Source: an uncultured bacterium | GTDB taxonomy: Bacteria; Verrucomicrobiota; Lentisphaeria; Victivallales; UBA1829 | Length of the DNA: 64,000 bases | NCBI GenBank assembly: GCA_902802585.1 | Contig: CADCMR010000009.1 | Coordinates: 5,921 to 69,920 of the forward strand | Direction: 5' to 3' | Shown: positions 9,036 to 18,673 of the stretch, one piece after another | Position numbering within the stretch: position 1 is the first letter of the stretch | How the letters are laid out: the number at the start of each line of letters is the position of its first letter | The notes under the pieces: generated by a model | The model's input: the letters and a program-made list of their open reading frames with translations, nothing else | What the model was told of the DNA's origin: nothing | Databases searched by the model: none | Program-made: the position numbers and the translations under genes

Positions 9036-9343
9036 TGAATAACGAACTCAACAAGTGCCAGAAGCACTACCACGTCAAGAAGAACGACAAGGTCCAGGTC
9101 ATCAGCGGCGGCTGGAAGAACAAGACCGCCAAGGTCGTGGCCATCCTGAAGAAGAAAGACCGCGTCGTCCTCGAAATCGAGAATCCCACCGACCGCGACC
9201 GTGAACGCATCACGAAGAAGCGCACCGTCCGCAAGAGCGCCGCGAACCCGAACGGCGGTCTCGTCGACCGCGCCGTCTCCGTGCACGTCTCCAACGTCAA
9301 GAAGATCGCTTCCGCCGACGAAGGCGCGAAGAAGGCCGAGTGA
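9035..9343 (+). CDS. rplX: 50S ribosomal protein L24
   Basis: 102 aa with KOW motif VKKNDKVQVISGGWKNKTAKV. Its start overlaps the rplN stop (TGATG). Confidence 0.93.
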   Translation: MNNELNKCQKHYHVKKNDKVQVISGGWKNKTAKVVAILKKKDRVVLEIENPTDRDRERITKKRTVRKSAANPNGGLVDRAVSVHVSNVKKIASADEGAKKAE

Positions 9344-9359
9344 GTGGAGGAACTGAACA

Positions 9360-9896
9360 ATGCCCGATATGAGAAAATACTACAATGAGCAGGTCCGTCC
9401 CGCTCTTCAGGAAAAGCTCGGCCTCAAGAACGTCATGGAGATCCCGAAGCTGAAGAAGATCGTCATCAGCACCGGTATCGGCACCAAGATGGAAAAGGAC
9501 GCCTTCTCCGAAGCCCGCACCCACCTCTCCGCCATCGCCGGCCAGGCGCCCGTCGTCTGCAAGTCCAGAAAGAACATCGCGAACTTCAAGCTTCGCGCCG
9601 GCATGTCCGTCGGTCTCATGGTCACCCTCCGCGGCGACCGCATGTACCAGTTCCTCGACCGCCTGGTCCACAACGCCTTCCCGCGCGTCCGCGACTTCCG
9701 CGGCGCCCCGAAGAAGGGCTTCGACCACGTCGGAAACTACAACCTCGGCATCCCGGATGTTTCGATCTTCACCGAAATCGATCTCGACAAGATCAAATAT
9801 CCGCTCGGAATGAACATCACGATCGTGACCAGCGCGAAGACCGACGCCGCGGCGAAGGAACTTCTCACTATGCTGGATTTCCCGTTCGCCAAGTAA
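9360..9896 (+). CDS. rplE: 50S ribosomal protein L5
   Basis: 178 aa: NVMEIPKLKKIVISTGIG...RDFRG...GMNITIVTSAKTD. Confidence 0.97.
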   Translation: MPDMRKYYNEQVRPALQEKLGLKNVMEIPKLKKIVISTGIGTKMEKDAFSEARTHLSAIAGQAPVVCKSRKNIANFKLRAGMSVGLMVTLRGDRMYQFLDRLVHNAFPRVRDFRGAPKKGFDHVGNYNLGIPDVSIFTEIDLDKIKYPLGMNITIVTSAKTDAAAKELLTMLDFPFAK

Positions 9897-9910
9897 GGAG
9901 ACGTTAAGAA

Positions 9911-10096
9911 ATGGCTAAGAAAAGTCTGATTGCGAAACAGAAACGCGGCGGGAAGTTCAAAGTCCGCAGCTATACGCGCTGCGCCGCCTGCGGTCGTCCC
10001 CGCGCCGTCATCCGCAAATTTAAACTCTGCCGCATCTGCTTCCGCGAAATGGCCTCCACCGGCCAGATCCCGGGCGTGATTAAGGCCAGTTGGTAA
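9911..10096 (+). CDS. rpsZ: 30S ribosomal protein S14, zinc-binding type Z
   Basis: 61 aa with CxxC...CxxC (CAAC / CRIC); ends GVIKASW. Confidence 0.95.
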   Translation: MAKKSLIAKQKRGGKFKVRSYTRCAACGRPRAVIRKFKLCRICFREMASTGQIPGVIKASW

Positions 10097-10114
10097 CAGA
10101 AAGGAATCGAACAA

Positions 10115-10507
10115 ATGAGTATGCAGGATCCGATTTCAGATATGCTGACGCGCCTTCGCAACGGCTGCATGTCCATGCAGAAGGTCGTTTCCATGCCTTC
10201 TTCCATCATGAAGACCTCTATCGCGGAAGTCCTCAAGCAGGAAGGCTACATCACCGACTATGTCGTTGAGGGTGAAACGAAGAAGGTTCTGAAGATCACC
10301 ATGAAATACTTCAAACGCCAGCCCGTTATCGAAAACCTCCAGCGTGTTTCCAAGCCGTCGTGCAGACTGTACTGCGGCAGCCAGAACATTCCGAAGGTCA
10401 AGGACGGAATGGGTATCGCCATCCTCTCCACCTCGAGAGGTGTACTGAGCGGCAAAGACGCCGAAAAACAAAACGTGGGCGGAGAAATCCTCTGCTACGT
10501 CTGGTAA
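10115..10507 (+). CDS. rpsH: 30S ribosomal protein S8
   Basis: 130 aa: MSMQDPISDMLTRLRNG...GGEILCYVW. Confidence 0.96.
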   Translation: MSMQDPISDMLTRLRNGCMSMQKVVSMPSSIMKTSIAEVLKQEGYITDYVVEGETKKVLKITMKYFKRQPVIENLQRVSKPSCRLYCGSQNIPKVKDGMGIAILSTSRGVLSGKDAEKQNVGGEILCYVW

Positions 10508-10519
10508 TCAGGAGTCATC

Positions 10520-11056
10520 ATGTCTCGTATTGGTAAAAAACCGGTTGCCATCCCCGCTGGCGTCACCGCCAAAGTCGAAGACGGCGCGACCGTTATCACC
10601 GGTAAGCTCGGTACGCTCACCATCCCCACGCAGAAGCACATCACCGTCAAGGTCGAGGGCGACCAGATCGTCCTGACCCGCGACACCGACCTCGACAACG
10701 CGAAAGCGATGCACGGCCTGAACCGTGCCCTCATCAACAACGCCGTCATCGGCGTCTCCAAGGGCTACTCCAAGGCGCTCGAGATCGTCGGCGTCGGCTT
10801 CCGCGCCGACCTCGCCGGCAACAAGCTCACGCTCAAGCTCGGCTTCTCCCACGACATCAACTACATCGTGCCCGAAGGCATTAAGCTCACCGTCACCGAC
10901 GGCTACAAAATCTCCATCGAGGGATTCGACAAGCAGCTCGTCGGCGCCGTCGCCTCCACGATCCGCGCCTTCCGCAAGCCCGAGCCCTACAAGGGCAAAG
11001 GCGTCCGTTATTCGGACGAACAGGTCACGATCAAGCCCGGCAAGAAGAACGCATAA
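10520..11056 (+). CDS. rplF: 50S ribosomal protein L6
   Basis: 178 aa: MSRIGKKPVAIPAGV...PEPYKGKGVRY. Confidence 0.96.
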   Translation: MSRIGKKPVAIPAGVTAKVEDGATVITGKLGTLTIPTQKHITVKVEGDQIVLTRDTDLDNAKAMHGLNRALINNAVIGVSKGYSKALEIVGVGFRADLAGNKLTLKLGFSHDINYIVPEGIKLTVTDGYKISIEGFDKQLVGAVASTIRAFRKPEPYKGKGVRYSDEQVTIKPGKKNA

Positions 11057-11076
11057 CGGGTGAAAGGACTTAAAGA

Positions 11077-11436
11077 ATGACTCGCAATTCCCAAGTCAGA
11101 AGACAGCTTCGCCATGTGCGTCTCCGCAAAAAAGTCGCAGGGACGGCCTCCGTCCCCCGCTTCTGCGTCAGTCTCACTGCGAACAACATGTACTGCCAGT
11201 TCATCGACGACGACGCCGGTGTCACGCTTGCCTCCAGCTCCACGCTCTCTCCCGAGTTCAAGGCCCTGAACCTCAAGCGCAACGTCGAAGCCGCCGCCGC
11301 TCTCGGCAAGCTCGCCGCTGAAAAGGCGATCGCCGCAGGCGTCTCCAAGGTCGTCTTCGACCGCAGCGGATTCCAGTATCACGGCAGAATCAAAGCGCTT
11401 GCCGACGCCGCCCGCAAGGCCGGCCTCCAATTCTAA
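11077..11436 (+). CDS. rplR: 50S ribosomal protein L18
   Basis: 119 aa: ...[28 protein letters not shown]. Confidence 0.95.
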   Translation: MTRNSQVRRQLRHVRLRKKVAGTASVPRFCVSLTANNMYCQFIDDDAGVTLASSSTLSPEFKALNLKRNVEAAAALGKLAAEKAIAAGVSKVVFDRSGFQYHGRIKALADAARKAGLQF

Positions 11437-11450
11437 GAGGTATCAACACT

Positions 11451-11963
11451 ATGAGTTTTGACAAATCCAGAAAAGACGCTCCGGCAAACGCCGATCGCGA
11501 GCAGTCCGATACTGAAGAAGTCGTCATCAGCATCAATCGCTGCTCCAAGGTCGTCAAAGGCGGCCGCAACTTCTCCTTCGGCGCGCTCGTCGTCGTCGGC
11601 GACCACAAAGGCAAGGTCGGCTTCGGCTACGGCAAGGCCAACGAAGTTTCCGACGCCATCCGCAAGGGCGGCGAAGCTGCCCGCAAGAACATGGTCGTCA
11701 TGCCCCTTTCCGGGCACACCATCCCCCACACTGTGACCGCCAAATTCCGCGGTTCCAAGGTTCTCCTGCGTCCGGCCTCCCCCGGTACCGGCTTGATCGC
11801 CGGCGGCGCGATGCGCCCCGTCCTCAACCTCGGCGGTGTCGTCGACGTCCTCGCCAAGTCCCTCGGCTCCAGCAACCCCGCCAACGTCGTCAAGGCGACG
11901 TTCCGCGCCATCGCCCTGCTGAAGACCAAGGAACAGTACCTTGAGAAACTCGGCAAGAAATAA
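11451..11963 (+). CDS. rpsE: 30S ribosomal protein S5
   Basis: 170 aa: [30 protein letters not shown]. The next gene is rplO, with no L30 gene between them. Confidence 0.96.
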   Translation: MSFDKSRKDAPANADREQSDTEEVVISINRCSKVVKGGRNFSFGALVVVGDHKGKVGFGYGKANEVSDAIRKGGEAARKNMVVMPLSGHTIPHTVTAKFRGSKVLLRPASPGTGLIAGGAMRPVLNLGGVVDVLAKSLGSSNPANVVKATFRAIALLKTKEQYLEKLGKK

Positions 11964-11977
11964 GAGAGGAATTCATC

Positions 11978-12427
11978 ATGAATCTTCATAGTCTCGAAAC
12001 GACCCCCGGCTCCCGCAAGAACAGGCACAGAGTCGGTCGCGGCGACGGCTCCGGCTGGGGCGGGACCTGCGGCCGCGGTGAAAAAGGCCAGCGTTCGCGC
12101 AGCGGCGCCGCCGTCCGCCACCACTTCGAAGGCGGTCAGACCCCGAGCTTCCGCCGCATCCCGAAGCGCGGCTTCAAGATGCACGGCGTGAAGGAAATCT
12201 GCAACGTCGTCAACGTCGGTACCCTCAACGAAGTCTTCGATGCGGGCGCCGAGATCGACGAAGCGGTCCTCCTGAAGGCCGGTCTTGTCGCCAAGAACAA
12301 GGCTCCGCTCAAGGTCCTCGGCACCGGCGACGTCAGCAAGGCGCTCAAGGTCAAGGCGCAGAAGTTCTCCGCCTCCGCCAAGGCCAAAATTGAAGCCGCC
12401 GGCGGCTCCGTCGAAGTCATCGAATAA
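11978..12427 (+). CDS. rplO: 50S ribosomal protein L15
   Basis: 149 aa: MNLHSLETTPGSRKNRHRVGRGDGSGWGGTCGRGEKGQ. Confidence 0.95.
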   Translation: MNLHSLETTPGSRKNRHRVGRGDGSGWGGTCGRGEKGQRSRSGAAVRHHFEGGQTPSFRRIPKRGFKMHGVKEICNVVNVGTLNEVFDAGAEIDEAVLLKAGLVAKNKAPLKVLGTGDVSKALKVKAQKFSASAKAKIEAAGGSVEVIE

Positions 12428-12460
12428 CCCTTGCGGCTCTCCGCCGGAAATTGAGGCAAT

Positions 12461-13834
12461 ATGTTCAAAGCATTCATCAACGCTTTCAAAATCAAGGATC
12501 TCCGCAATAAGATCCTTTTTTCCGCAGCGGTCATCATCGTCTGCCGGATCGCGGCCAACATCCCGTGCCCCGGTGTCAATACGCACAACCTCAAGGCTTA
12601 TTTCGACAAGCTCTCCCAGGACACTGCCGGCGCGGGCGGCTTCCTGGGCATGATCGACCTCTTCAGCGGCGGCGCCCTCCAGCAGTTCGCCGTCGGAGCG
12701 CTCGGCATCATGCCCTACATCTCCGCCTCCATCATCATGCAGCTCCTGGTCCCCGTCCTTCCCTCGCTCGAACGCCTCAAGCGTGAGGGCGAGGCCGGGA
12801 TGAACAAGATCAACCAGTACACCCGCTACCTCACGATCGTCATCTGCGTCATCCAGGGCGCGATGACCGCGATCGCCATGACGCACCCGGAACGTCTCGG
12901 TCTTCCCTCGGCGCTTCCCGGACAGCCGCTTGTCAGCGGCAACGTCTCCGCGTTCGTGTTCTTCTCGGTCATCATCCTGACCTGCGGCACGATGATCCTG
13001 ATGTGGCTCGGTGAAAAGATCACGGACAAAGGTATCGGCAACGGCGTGTCGATCATCATCACGATCGGCATCATCGACCGTCTCCCGAAGGCGATCGCCC
13101 AGCTGTACGACATGTGGCAGAGCGGCGGCGCGGTCGGCGGCGGTCGTTTCCGCACTCCGCACGTGCTCATCCTGATCATCATCTTCGCCGTTGTGACCGC
13201 CCTCACGATCATCCTCTGCCAGGGCGTGCGCAAAGTGCCGATCCAGATGGCGCGCAAGACCGTCGGAAACAAGGTCGCGGGCGGCAGCACCTACATGCCG
13301 CTCAAGGTCAACTTCCCCGGCGTCATGCCCATCATCTTCGCCGGCGCGATCCTGATGTTCCCGCCGATGCTCCTGCGGCTCATCCCGAGCCCTCAGGTCG
13401 CCGCGCTCCAGCAGTACTTCAACCATGGATCCTATTCCTATATGCTGATGTACGGTGCGCTGATCATCGCGTTCTCCTATTTCTGGGTCGCGAACATGTT
13501 CAACCCGGTGCAGATCGCCGACAACCTGAAAAAAGAAGACGCCTTCGTGCCCGGCATCCGGCCCGGCAAGCCCACATGCGATTACCTCGACGACCTGATG
13601 TCCCTCATCACGTTCGCCGGCGCGATCTTCCTGTGCGCGCTTTCCATCTTCCCGATGCTCCTCACGATGTGGCTGAAGATTCCGTACGCCGTGGCGTCGT
13701 TCTTCGGCGGCACCAGTCTGCTGATCATTGTCGGTGTGACCATTGACACGCTCTCCCAGATGGAATCGCTTCTGGTGATGAAAAACTACGAGGGCTTCCT
13801 CCAACGCGGACGGCTCCGTTCACGCAGAGGCTGA
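12461..13834 (+). CDS. secY: Preprotein translocase subunit SecY
   Basis: 457 aa, multi-TM, with GALGIMPYISASIIMQLL signature. Canonical position after rplO. Confidence 0.97.
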   Translation: MFKAFINAFKIKDLRNKILFSAAVIIVCRIAANIPCPGVNTHNLKAYFDKLSQDTAGAGGFLGMIDLFSGGALQQFAVGALGIMPYISASIIMQLLVPVLPSLERLKREGEAGMNKINQYTRYLTIVICVIQGAMTAIAMTHPERLGLPSALPGQPLVSGNVSAFVFFSVIILTCGTMILMWLGEKITDKGIGNGVSIIITIGIIDRLPKAIAQLYDMWQSGGAVGGGRFRTPHVLILIIIFAVVTALTIILCQGVRKVPIQMARKTVGNKVAGGSTYMPLKVNFPGVMPIIFAGAILMFPPMLLRLIPSPQVAALQQYFNHGSYSYMLMYGALIIAFSYFWVANMFNPVQIADNLKKEDAFVPGIRPGKPTCDYLDDLMSLITFAGAIFLCALSIFPMLLTMWLKIPYAVASFFGGTSLLIIVGVTIDTLSQMESLLVMKNYEGFLQRGRLRSRRG

Positions 13835-13911
13835 CCCCGTGCGGCGGGCAGGGTGGCGCAGCCGGTCCTGTCCTCCGCGCATCACGGGCGGTTCGTCCGC
13901 ACGTTTTCGTA

Positions 13912-13953
13912 CCCGTCTTTCGGTTTCGTCCGGAAGACGGGCGTTTGCTTTTT
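13912..13953 (+). terminator. Intrinsic terminator ending the rplV-secY operon
   Basis: CCCGTCTT-14 nt loop-AAGACGGG followed by CGTTTGCTTTTT, 78 nt after the secY stop. Confidence 0.7.
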
Positions 13954-13973
13954 CAAGGAAGAGGGAGTATATT
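13945..13973 (+). promoter_or_regulatory. Putative promoter of the lipoprotein / PPIase genes
   Basis: TTGCTT-17 nt-TATATT, overlapping the terminator's T-tract. Confidence 0.45.
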
Positions 13974-14094
13974 AATTGATTCCGTTTTTCCGGTTGTGCG
14001 CGGACGCGAGTCCGGCACTCCTGCGGCGGCGGTTCCGCCTCCGGAACATTTCCCGTCTCTCCGCTGTCTAAAGAACCAGATTGGAACGACCACA

Positions 14095-15144
14095 ATGAAA
14101 ACATCCTCCGCGCATTTTTCTGTCCGACACGCGCTGTTCACGGCTGTCCTTGCCGGAATCGTGCTCTCATGCTTTGTGTCCTGTTCCAAGCCGGCTCCCG
14201 AGCCGCCGATGGAGCGTTCCCGCGCCTTGCTGCGCCTCTTCGGCAGCCTGGAGCGCCAGGACAACGAGGAAGCGCTCAAGGGGATTGACACCTACCGCAA
14301 CCTTGATCCGACGAATCTCTTCCTCGCCGATTTCGAGCACATCGTCCGGGCGAACAGCGTGATCGCTTCCGCCCAGGCGAAACTTGATGCCGGCGACGTC
14401 GCCGGTGCAGAGGCCGCCCTCAATGCATTCTTTGCCCCGAAAGCAACCCCCGAGCAGGAGAGGGGTGCGCAAAAAGACGAAAACAACGAACCTTCGGGTT
14501 CGGATTCCGTCAAAAACGGGAAGAAGCAGCAGGAAAATAATACAATTTATATTGACATGGGGGCTCCTGATTCCAAGCTTAAGAATTCCAAGGATCTTAT
14601 TGCCTATATCGAGAAAATCCCGGTTGAAATCCGCAGAAAGACCCGCCTGTTCTTTGTCGACGAGGGACACAAGGTCGCCAAGAAACGGGAAGATGTGTCC
14701 AATTTGTTGTCTCCGTACGGTTTTCTTTCAATTGATGTCATCGTTGACGAGAAAGATCCCAAGAAAAATGTCATGCAAGCCAAAGTTCAGGTCGAACTGC
14801 TGATCGAGGTGCGGAAGCTGAACGACAAAATCCTTGCGGCGGAGTTCTCCGACGATATCCGTGCCGCCGCCATTGATCTTGACGCTTTTGCCGAGTATAA
14901 TGCGAAGCTTTTCCCGAACCTCCCTGCCTATGCCGCTGCTAAGATTAAGGAGGCGGATGCGCTCGCCGTCGTGGAGAAAGCCGATGCGTGCGCCGCGCTT
15001 ATGCAGGACGCCGTGGACGCCGCCGCGGCAGGACGGAAGTCAGAGGCCGCGGTCATGGCCGCGATCCTGGAAATGAACGCCGACGCCGCCCAGCTCGCCG
15101 GGCTTGAATCCTGGCTGGAGCGGCGGAAGCCCGCGAATCCATAA
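14095..15144 (+). CDS. Hypothetical lipoprotein (contains an internal low-GC segment)
   Basis: Start taken at ATG 14095: MKTSSAHFSVRHALFTAVLAGIVLSCFVSCSKP, a signal peptide with lipobox-like VLSC/FVSC. I recognise no family. Confidence 0.6.
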   Translation: MKTSSAHFSVRHALFTAVLAGIVLSCFVSCSKPAPEPPMERSRALLRLFGSLERQDNEEALKGIDTYRNLDPTNLFLADFEHIVRANSVIASAQAKLDAGDVAGAEAALNAFFAPKATPEQERGAQKDENNEPSGSDSVKNGKKQQENNTIYIDMGAPDSKLKNSKDLIAYIEKIPVEIRRKTRLFFVDEGHKVAKKREDVSNLLSPYGFLSIDVIVDEKDPKKNVMQAKVQVELLIEVRKLNDKILAAEFSDDIRAAAIDLDAFAEYNAKLFPNLPAYAAAKIKEADALAVVEKADACAALMQDAVDAAAAGRKSEAAVMAAILEMNADAAQLAGLESWLERRKPANP

Positions 15145-15191
15145 GGGTATCAAGGCACCCATAATCATCCAGCAACAGAAAGGTTCTCACA

Positions 15192-16466
15192 ATGAACTGC
15201 AAATCCGCGCTTGTTCTTTTTGCGGCATCAGCCGTATCGTTTTCCGTCGCCGCGCAAAGCAGCCCGTCGACGCTTTCCCTGAGGGGCGCTCCCGACCTGG
15301 GACTGGGCGCCGCCGCACCGAAGACCGCCGGGGCCGGCGATGCTGCTGCCGAGGCTGCCATCCGCCGTGCGCTGCTTTCCCAGCCCGCCTCCGAGGAGGA
15401 GGTCGTGAAGGCGCTTTCCTTCATGCCGGACGTGGTCGCCGAGGTCAACGGCACGAAGATCACGAAGAAGGAGATCGTGGATCTGCTCCTGTCGAAAAAG
15501 ATCTCCCAGCAGGTTCTGGCGCTGACGCCCGAATCCTACCTTCGCACCGCCATGCAGCAGTACATCGAGCAGAAGATCGACACTGCGATCCTGAAGCAGA
15601 AGGCGAAGGAGGCCGGATTCGAGCCGTCCGAGGAGCTCGTGAAGACCCATTTCGACGAATCCATCAAGAAGCTTCCCGCCGAACAGGTCGACGCAGTGAA
15701 AGCCCAGCTCAAAGAACAAGGTCTTTCGCTCGAAGCCTACCGCGACGAGATCGCGAAGGAGGCCGACATCCAGGGCAACGCCGCCATCGCCGCCTATGAG
15801 GAGAAAAACTTCATCACGAAGACCGAAAAGGCGGTCAACGACGAAGCCGTCGAGAAGTTCTACCGCGAAAACCAGCAGAAGTTCGCCGTCCCGGAGAACA
15901 TCACGGTCGCGCACATCCTGATCCAGTGCGAACCCGTCTCCGCCCTGGATTCCAAGGAGGAGAAGGAGATCAAGACCAGGGCAGACAAGCTCGCGAAGGA
16001 ACAGATCGACGAAATCTACGCCGCGCTCGTGAAGGATCCGGCGAGCTTCGACAAGCTCGCGCAGGAAAAGAGCAACTGCCCCTCCGGCAAGCGCGACAAC
16101 GGCAAACTGCCGCCGTTCGACAAGGAAGGCATGCTGCTGGACCAGTCCGGCATGCTCGACCCGGATTTCGCCGCCGCGGCGTTCAAGCTCGCCAAGCCCG
16201 GCGAATTCACGAAGCCCGTCCATTCACAGTTCGGCTACCACATCATCAAGCTCCTGAAACAGGACCCGAAGGGCTATATGCCGCTCGACAAGGTCAAGGG
16301 AGAAATCCATGACTTCCTCGTCGACAAGACCGTCTCCGAGGAGATTCAGGCGATGATCAAGGCGGAACGCGCCAAGAGCAATGTGAAGGTCTACGACTTC
16401 ACCCCCGCCAAAGCCGACCCGAAGGCGACGAAGAACCCCGGAGCCGCCCCGACTCCCGTCCTTTAA
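15192..16466 (+). CDS. PpiC/parvulin-type peptidyl-prolyl isomerase (SurA/PrsA-like), secreted
   Basis: 424 aa with signal peptide MNCKSALVLFAASAVSFSVAAQ. Parvulin block: VAHILI...SNCPSGKRDNGKLPPFDKEGM...FKLAKPGEFTKPVHSQFGYHIIKLL. Confidence 0.8.
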   Translation: MNCKSALVLFAASAVSFSVAAQSSPSTLSLRGAPDLGLGAAAPKTAGAGDAAAEAAIRRALLSQPASEEEVVKALSFMPDVVAEVNGTKITKKEIVDLLLSKKISQQVLALTPESYLRTAMQQYIEQKIDTAILKQKAKEAGFEPSEELVKTHFDESIKKLPAEQVDAVKAQLKEQGLSLEAYRDEIAKEADIQGNAAIAAYEEKNFITKTEKAVNDEAVEKFYRENQQKFAVPENITVAHILIQCEPVSALDSKEEKEIKTRADKLAKEQIDEIYAALVKDPASFDKLAQEKSNCPSGKRDNGKLPPFDKEGMLLDQSGMLDPDFAAAAFKLAKPGEFTKPVHSQFGYHIIKLLKQDPKGYMPLDKVKGEIHDFLVDKTVSEEIQAMIKAERAKSNVKVYDFTPAKADPKATKNPGAAPTPVL

Positions 16467-16495
16467 CCGCACGCCATCTGGATAACACACACCGT

Positions 16496-16536
16496 CAATG
16501 CGTCCGCCATCCGTGGACGCATTGATGTTTTGCTTT
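16496..16536 (+). terminator. Intrinsic terminator after the PPIase gene
   Basis: CAATGCGTCC-9 nt loop-GGACGCATTG (perfect 10-bp stem) followed by ATGTTTTGCTTT. Confidence 0.75.
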
Positions 16537-16624
16537 CGTAGGAACGCGGGAATTGTTAATGATTCCCATAATCGGAAGAAGGAAAGCGGCGCCGTTTTTT
16601 CGCTGTTTTTCGGGAAAAACGAAC

Positions 16625-16652
16625 TTGCAGAAATTGAAATCCGGGGTATATT
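16625..16652 (+). promoter_or_regulatory. Putative promoter of parE-parC
   Basis: TTGCAG-16 nt-TATATT, preceded by the GTTTTTCGGGAAAAAC palindrome (16605-16620). Leader is about 150 nt. Confidence 0.5.
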
Positions 16653-16804
16653 ATTAGGGTGGAAAGAAAGAATCAACCAGCATAGCGCCGCCGTATCGGA
16701 AAACACTTTGCACGCGGATTCCCGCGGATGACGGTTCCGGCATGGAACACAGCAGACGATGAGCGGGACCGGCACGGAACGCGGCGGAGAACGGACAGCA
16801 CAGC

Positions 16805-18667
16805 ATGACACCCGACAATGACATCGACATCGAACAAGACGACCTTATGAAACAGGCGGACCAGAACGCCGCCCGCTCGAAATACAACGACGACAGCATC
16901 CAGACCCTCGACGCGCTCGCCCACATCCGGCAGCGTTCCGGCATGTACATCGGGCGTCTGGGCGACGGCTCGCACCCCGACGACGGCATCTACGTGATGT
17001 TCAAGGAGATCATGGACAATGCCATCGACGAATTCATCATGGGGTTCGGGAAGCGGATCGACATCACGCTGGGCGACGGGACATTTACCGTGCGCGACTA
17101 TGGGCGCGGCATCCCGCTGGGCAAGCTCGTGGAATGCGTTTCCCAGATCAACACCGGCGGCAAGTTCAATTCGGAAGACTACACGTTCTCCGTCGGCATG
17201 AACGGCGTCGGCACGAAGGCGGTGAACGCCCTTTCCTCGACCTTCGAGGTCACGTCCTGGCGCGACGGCAAATGCCGCACCGCGATGTTCCACGAGGGCA
17301 TCCTCGAATACGAGAAATACATTGACCCGGGCACGGAGCATTCCGGCACGCGCATCCGGTTCACGCCCGATCCGAAACTCTTTCCGAACTACAAGATCCT
17401 CCAGCCCGAGGTGGAAAACCGCCTTCGGATGTACGCCTACCTGAACAGCGGTCTGTCGCTCTACCTCAACGGGCAGCGTTACATTTCCAGGAACGGGCAG
17501 CTGGACCTGATGCATTCCAAGCTCGACGAGGAATCCCCTCTCTACGAGCCCATCCATTACAAGGAGCCTACGCTCGAGTTCGCGTTCTGCCACACAGCCG
17601 ACACGGGCGAACGCTACTACTCCTTCGTGAACGGGCAGTACACGAGCGACGGCGGCACGCATCTTTCCGCGTTCAAAGGCGGCATCACACGCGCCATCAA
17701 CGAGCATTTCAACAAGAATTTCGACCCGAAGGACATCCGCGACGGCATCATCGGGACCATCGCCATCAAGATCCAGGACCCGCGGTTCGACTCCCAGACC
17801 AAGACTAAGCTCACCAACACCGATGTTCGCGGCTGGATCGAGGGAATCGTGAAGCAGGCGGTGATCGACAGTTTCCTGAAGCATCCCGACGAAGCGAACC
17901 TCCTGCTCGAAAAGATCCAGAAGAACGAGCAGGTCCGCCGCGAAATCCAGAAGGTCCAGAAGAAGGGAGCCGCCATCTCGAAGCGCATCTCCCTGCGGAA
18001 CAACAAGCTCAAGGACTGTCGGCATCACTTCGGCGACCATTCGAAATACGCCGAGGAGACCATGATCTTCCTTACCGAGGGCGATTCCGCCGGATCCTCG
18101 ATCGTGACCAGCCGTGACCCGAACTACCAGGCGGTCTTCGCCCTCCGCGGCAAGCCGTTCAACTGCTTCGGAAAGAAGCTCGACGCGATCTACTCCAACG
18201 AAGAACTGTTCTACATCATGCGGACGCTCGGGATCGAGGAGGACGTGGAGAACCTGAACTACGCCAAGGTCGTGATCGCGACCGACGCCGACGTCGACGG
18301 CCTGCACATCCGCAACCTACTGCTCACGTTCTTCCTCCAGTATTTCGAGGCGCTCGTGATCTCCGGACACCTCTACATCTTCGAGACGCCGCTCTTCCGC
18401 GTCCGCAACAAGGAGACGACGTTCTACTGCTACTCCGAACAGGAGCGCGATGAACGCGCGAAGGAGCTCGGCAAATCCGCCGAAATCACCCGGTTCAAAG
18501 GACTCGGCGAAATCTCGCCGAAGGAGTTCAAGCAGTTCATCGGACCCGACATCCGCCTCGAAAAAGTCTCCCTCGAAAACACCAAGGGCATCCACGAAAT
18601 GCTGCGTTTCTACATGGGCAGCAACGACGAGACCCGCTGGGAACACATCCAAAACAATCTGGTCTGA
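16805..18667 (+). CDS. parE: DNA topoisomerase IV subunit B (short Bacteroidota/PVC-type type IIA B subunit)
   Basis: 620 aa: SIQTLDALAHIRQRSGMYIGRLGDGSHPDDGIYVMFKEIMDNAIDE, TOPRIM LTEGDSAG, ALRGKPFN. Followed directly by the A subunit. Confidence 0.88.
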   Translation: MTPDNDIDIEQDDLMKQADQNAARSKYNDDSIQTLDALAHIRQRSGMYIGRLGDGSHPDDGIYVMFKEIMDNAIDEFIMGFGKRIDITLGDGTFTVRDYGRGIPLGKLVECVSQINTGGKFNSEDYTFSVGMNGVGTKAVNALSSTFEVTSWRDGKCRTAMFHEGILEYEKYIDPGTEHSGTRIRFTPDPKLFPNYKILQPEVENRLRMYAYLNSGLSLYLNGQRYISRNGQLDLMHSKLDEESPLYEPIHYKEPTLEFAFCHTADTGERYYSFVNGQYTSDGGTHLSAFKGGITRAINEHFNKNFDPKDIRDGIIGTIAIKIQDPRFDSQTKTKLTNTDVRGWIEGIVKQAVIDSFLKHPDEANLLLEKIQKNEQVRREIQKVQKKGAAISKRISLRNNKLKDCRHHFGDHSKYAEETMIFLTEGDSAGSSIVTSRDPNYQAVFALRGKPFNCFGKKLDAIYSNEELFYIMRTLGIEEDVENLNYAKVVIATDADVDGLHIRNLLLTFFLQYFEALVISGHLYIFETPLFRVRNKETTFYCYSEQERDERAKELGKSAEITRFKGLGEISPKEFKQFIGPDIRLEKVSLENTKGIHEMLRFYMGSNDETRWEHIQNNLV

Positions 18668-18673
18668 CCCATC

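Noticed and set aside
14574-14590. Cluster of HindIII/AflII/EcoRI sites (AAGCTTAAGAATTC) inside the low-GC segment, considered as a possible cloning scar or synthetic insert.
   Set aside because: The sites fall in an AT-rich stretch where such hexamers arise by chance. They form part of an in-frame direct repeat (ATTCCAAG x2) encoding DSKLKNSKD. No vector-like sequence flanks them.
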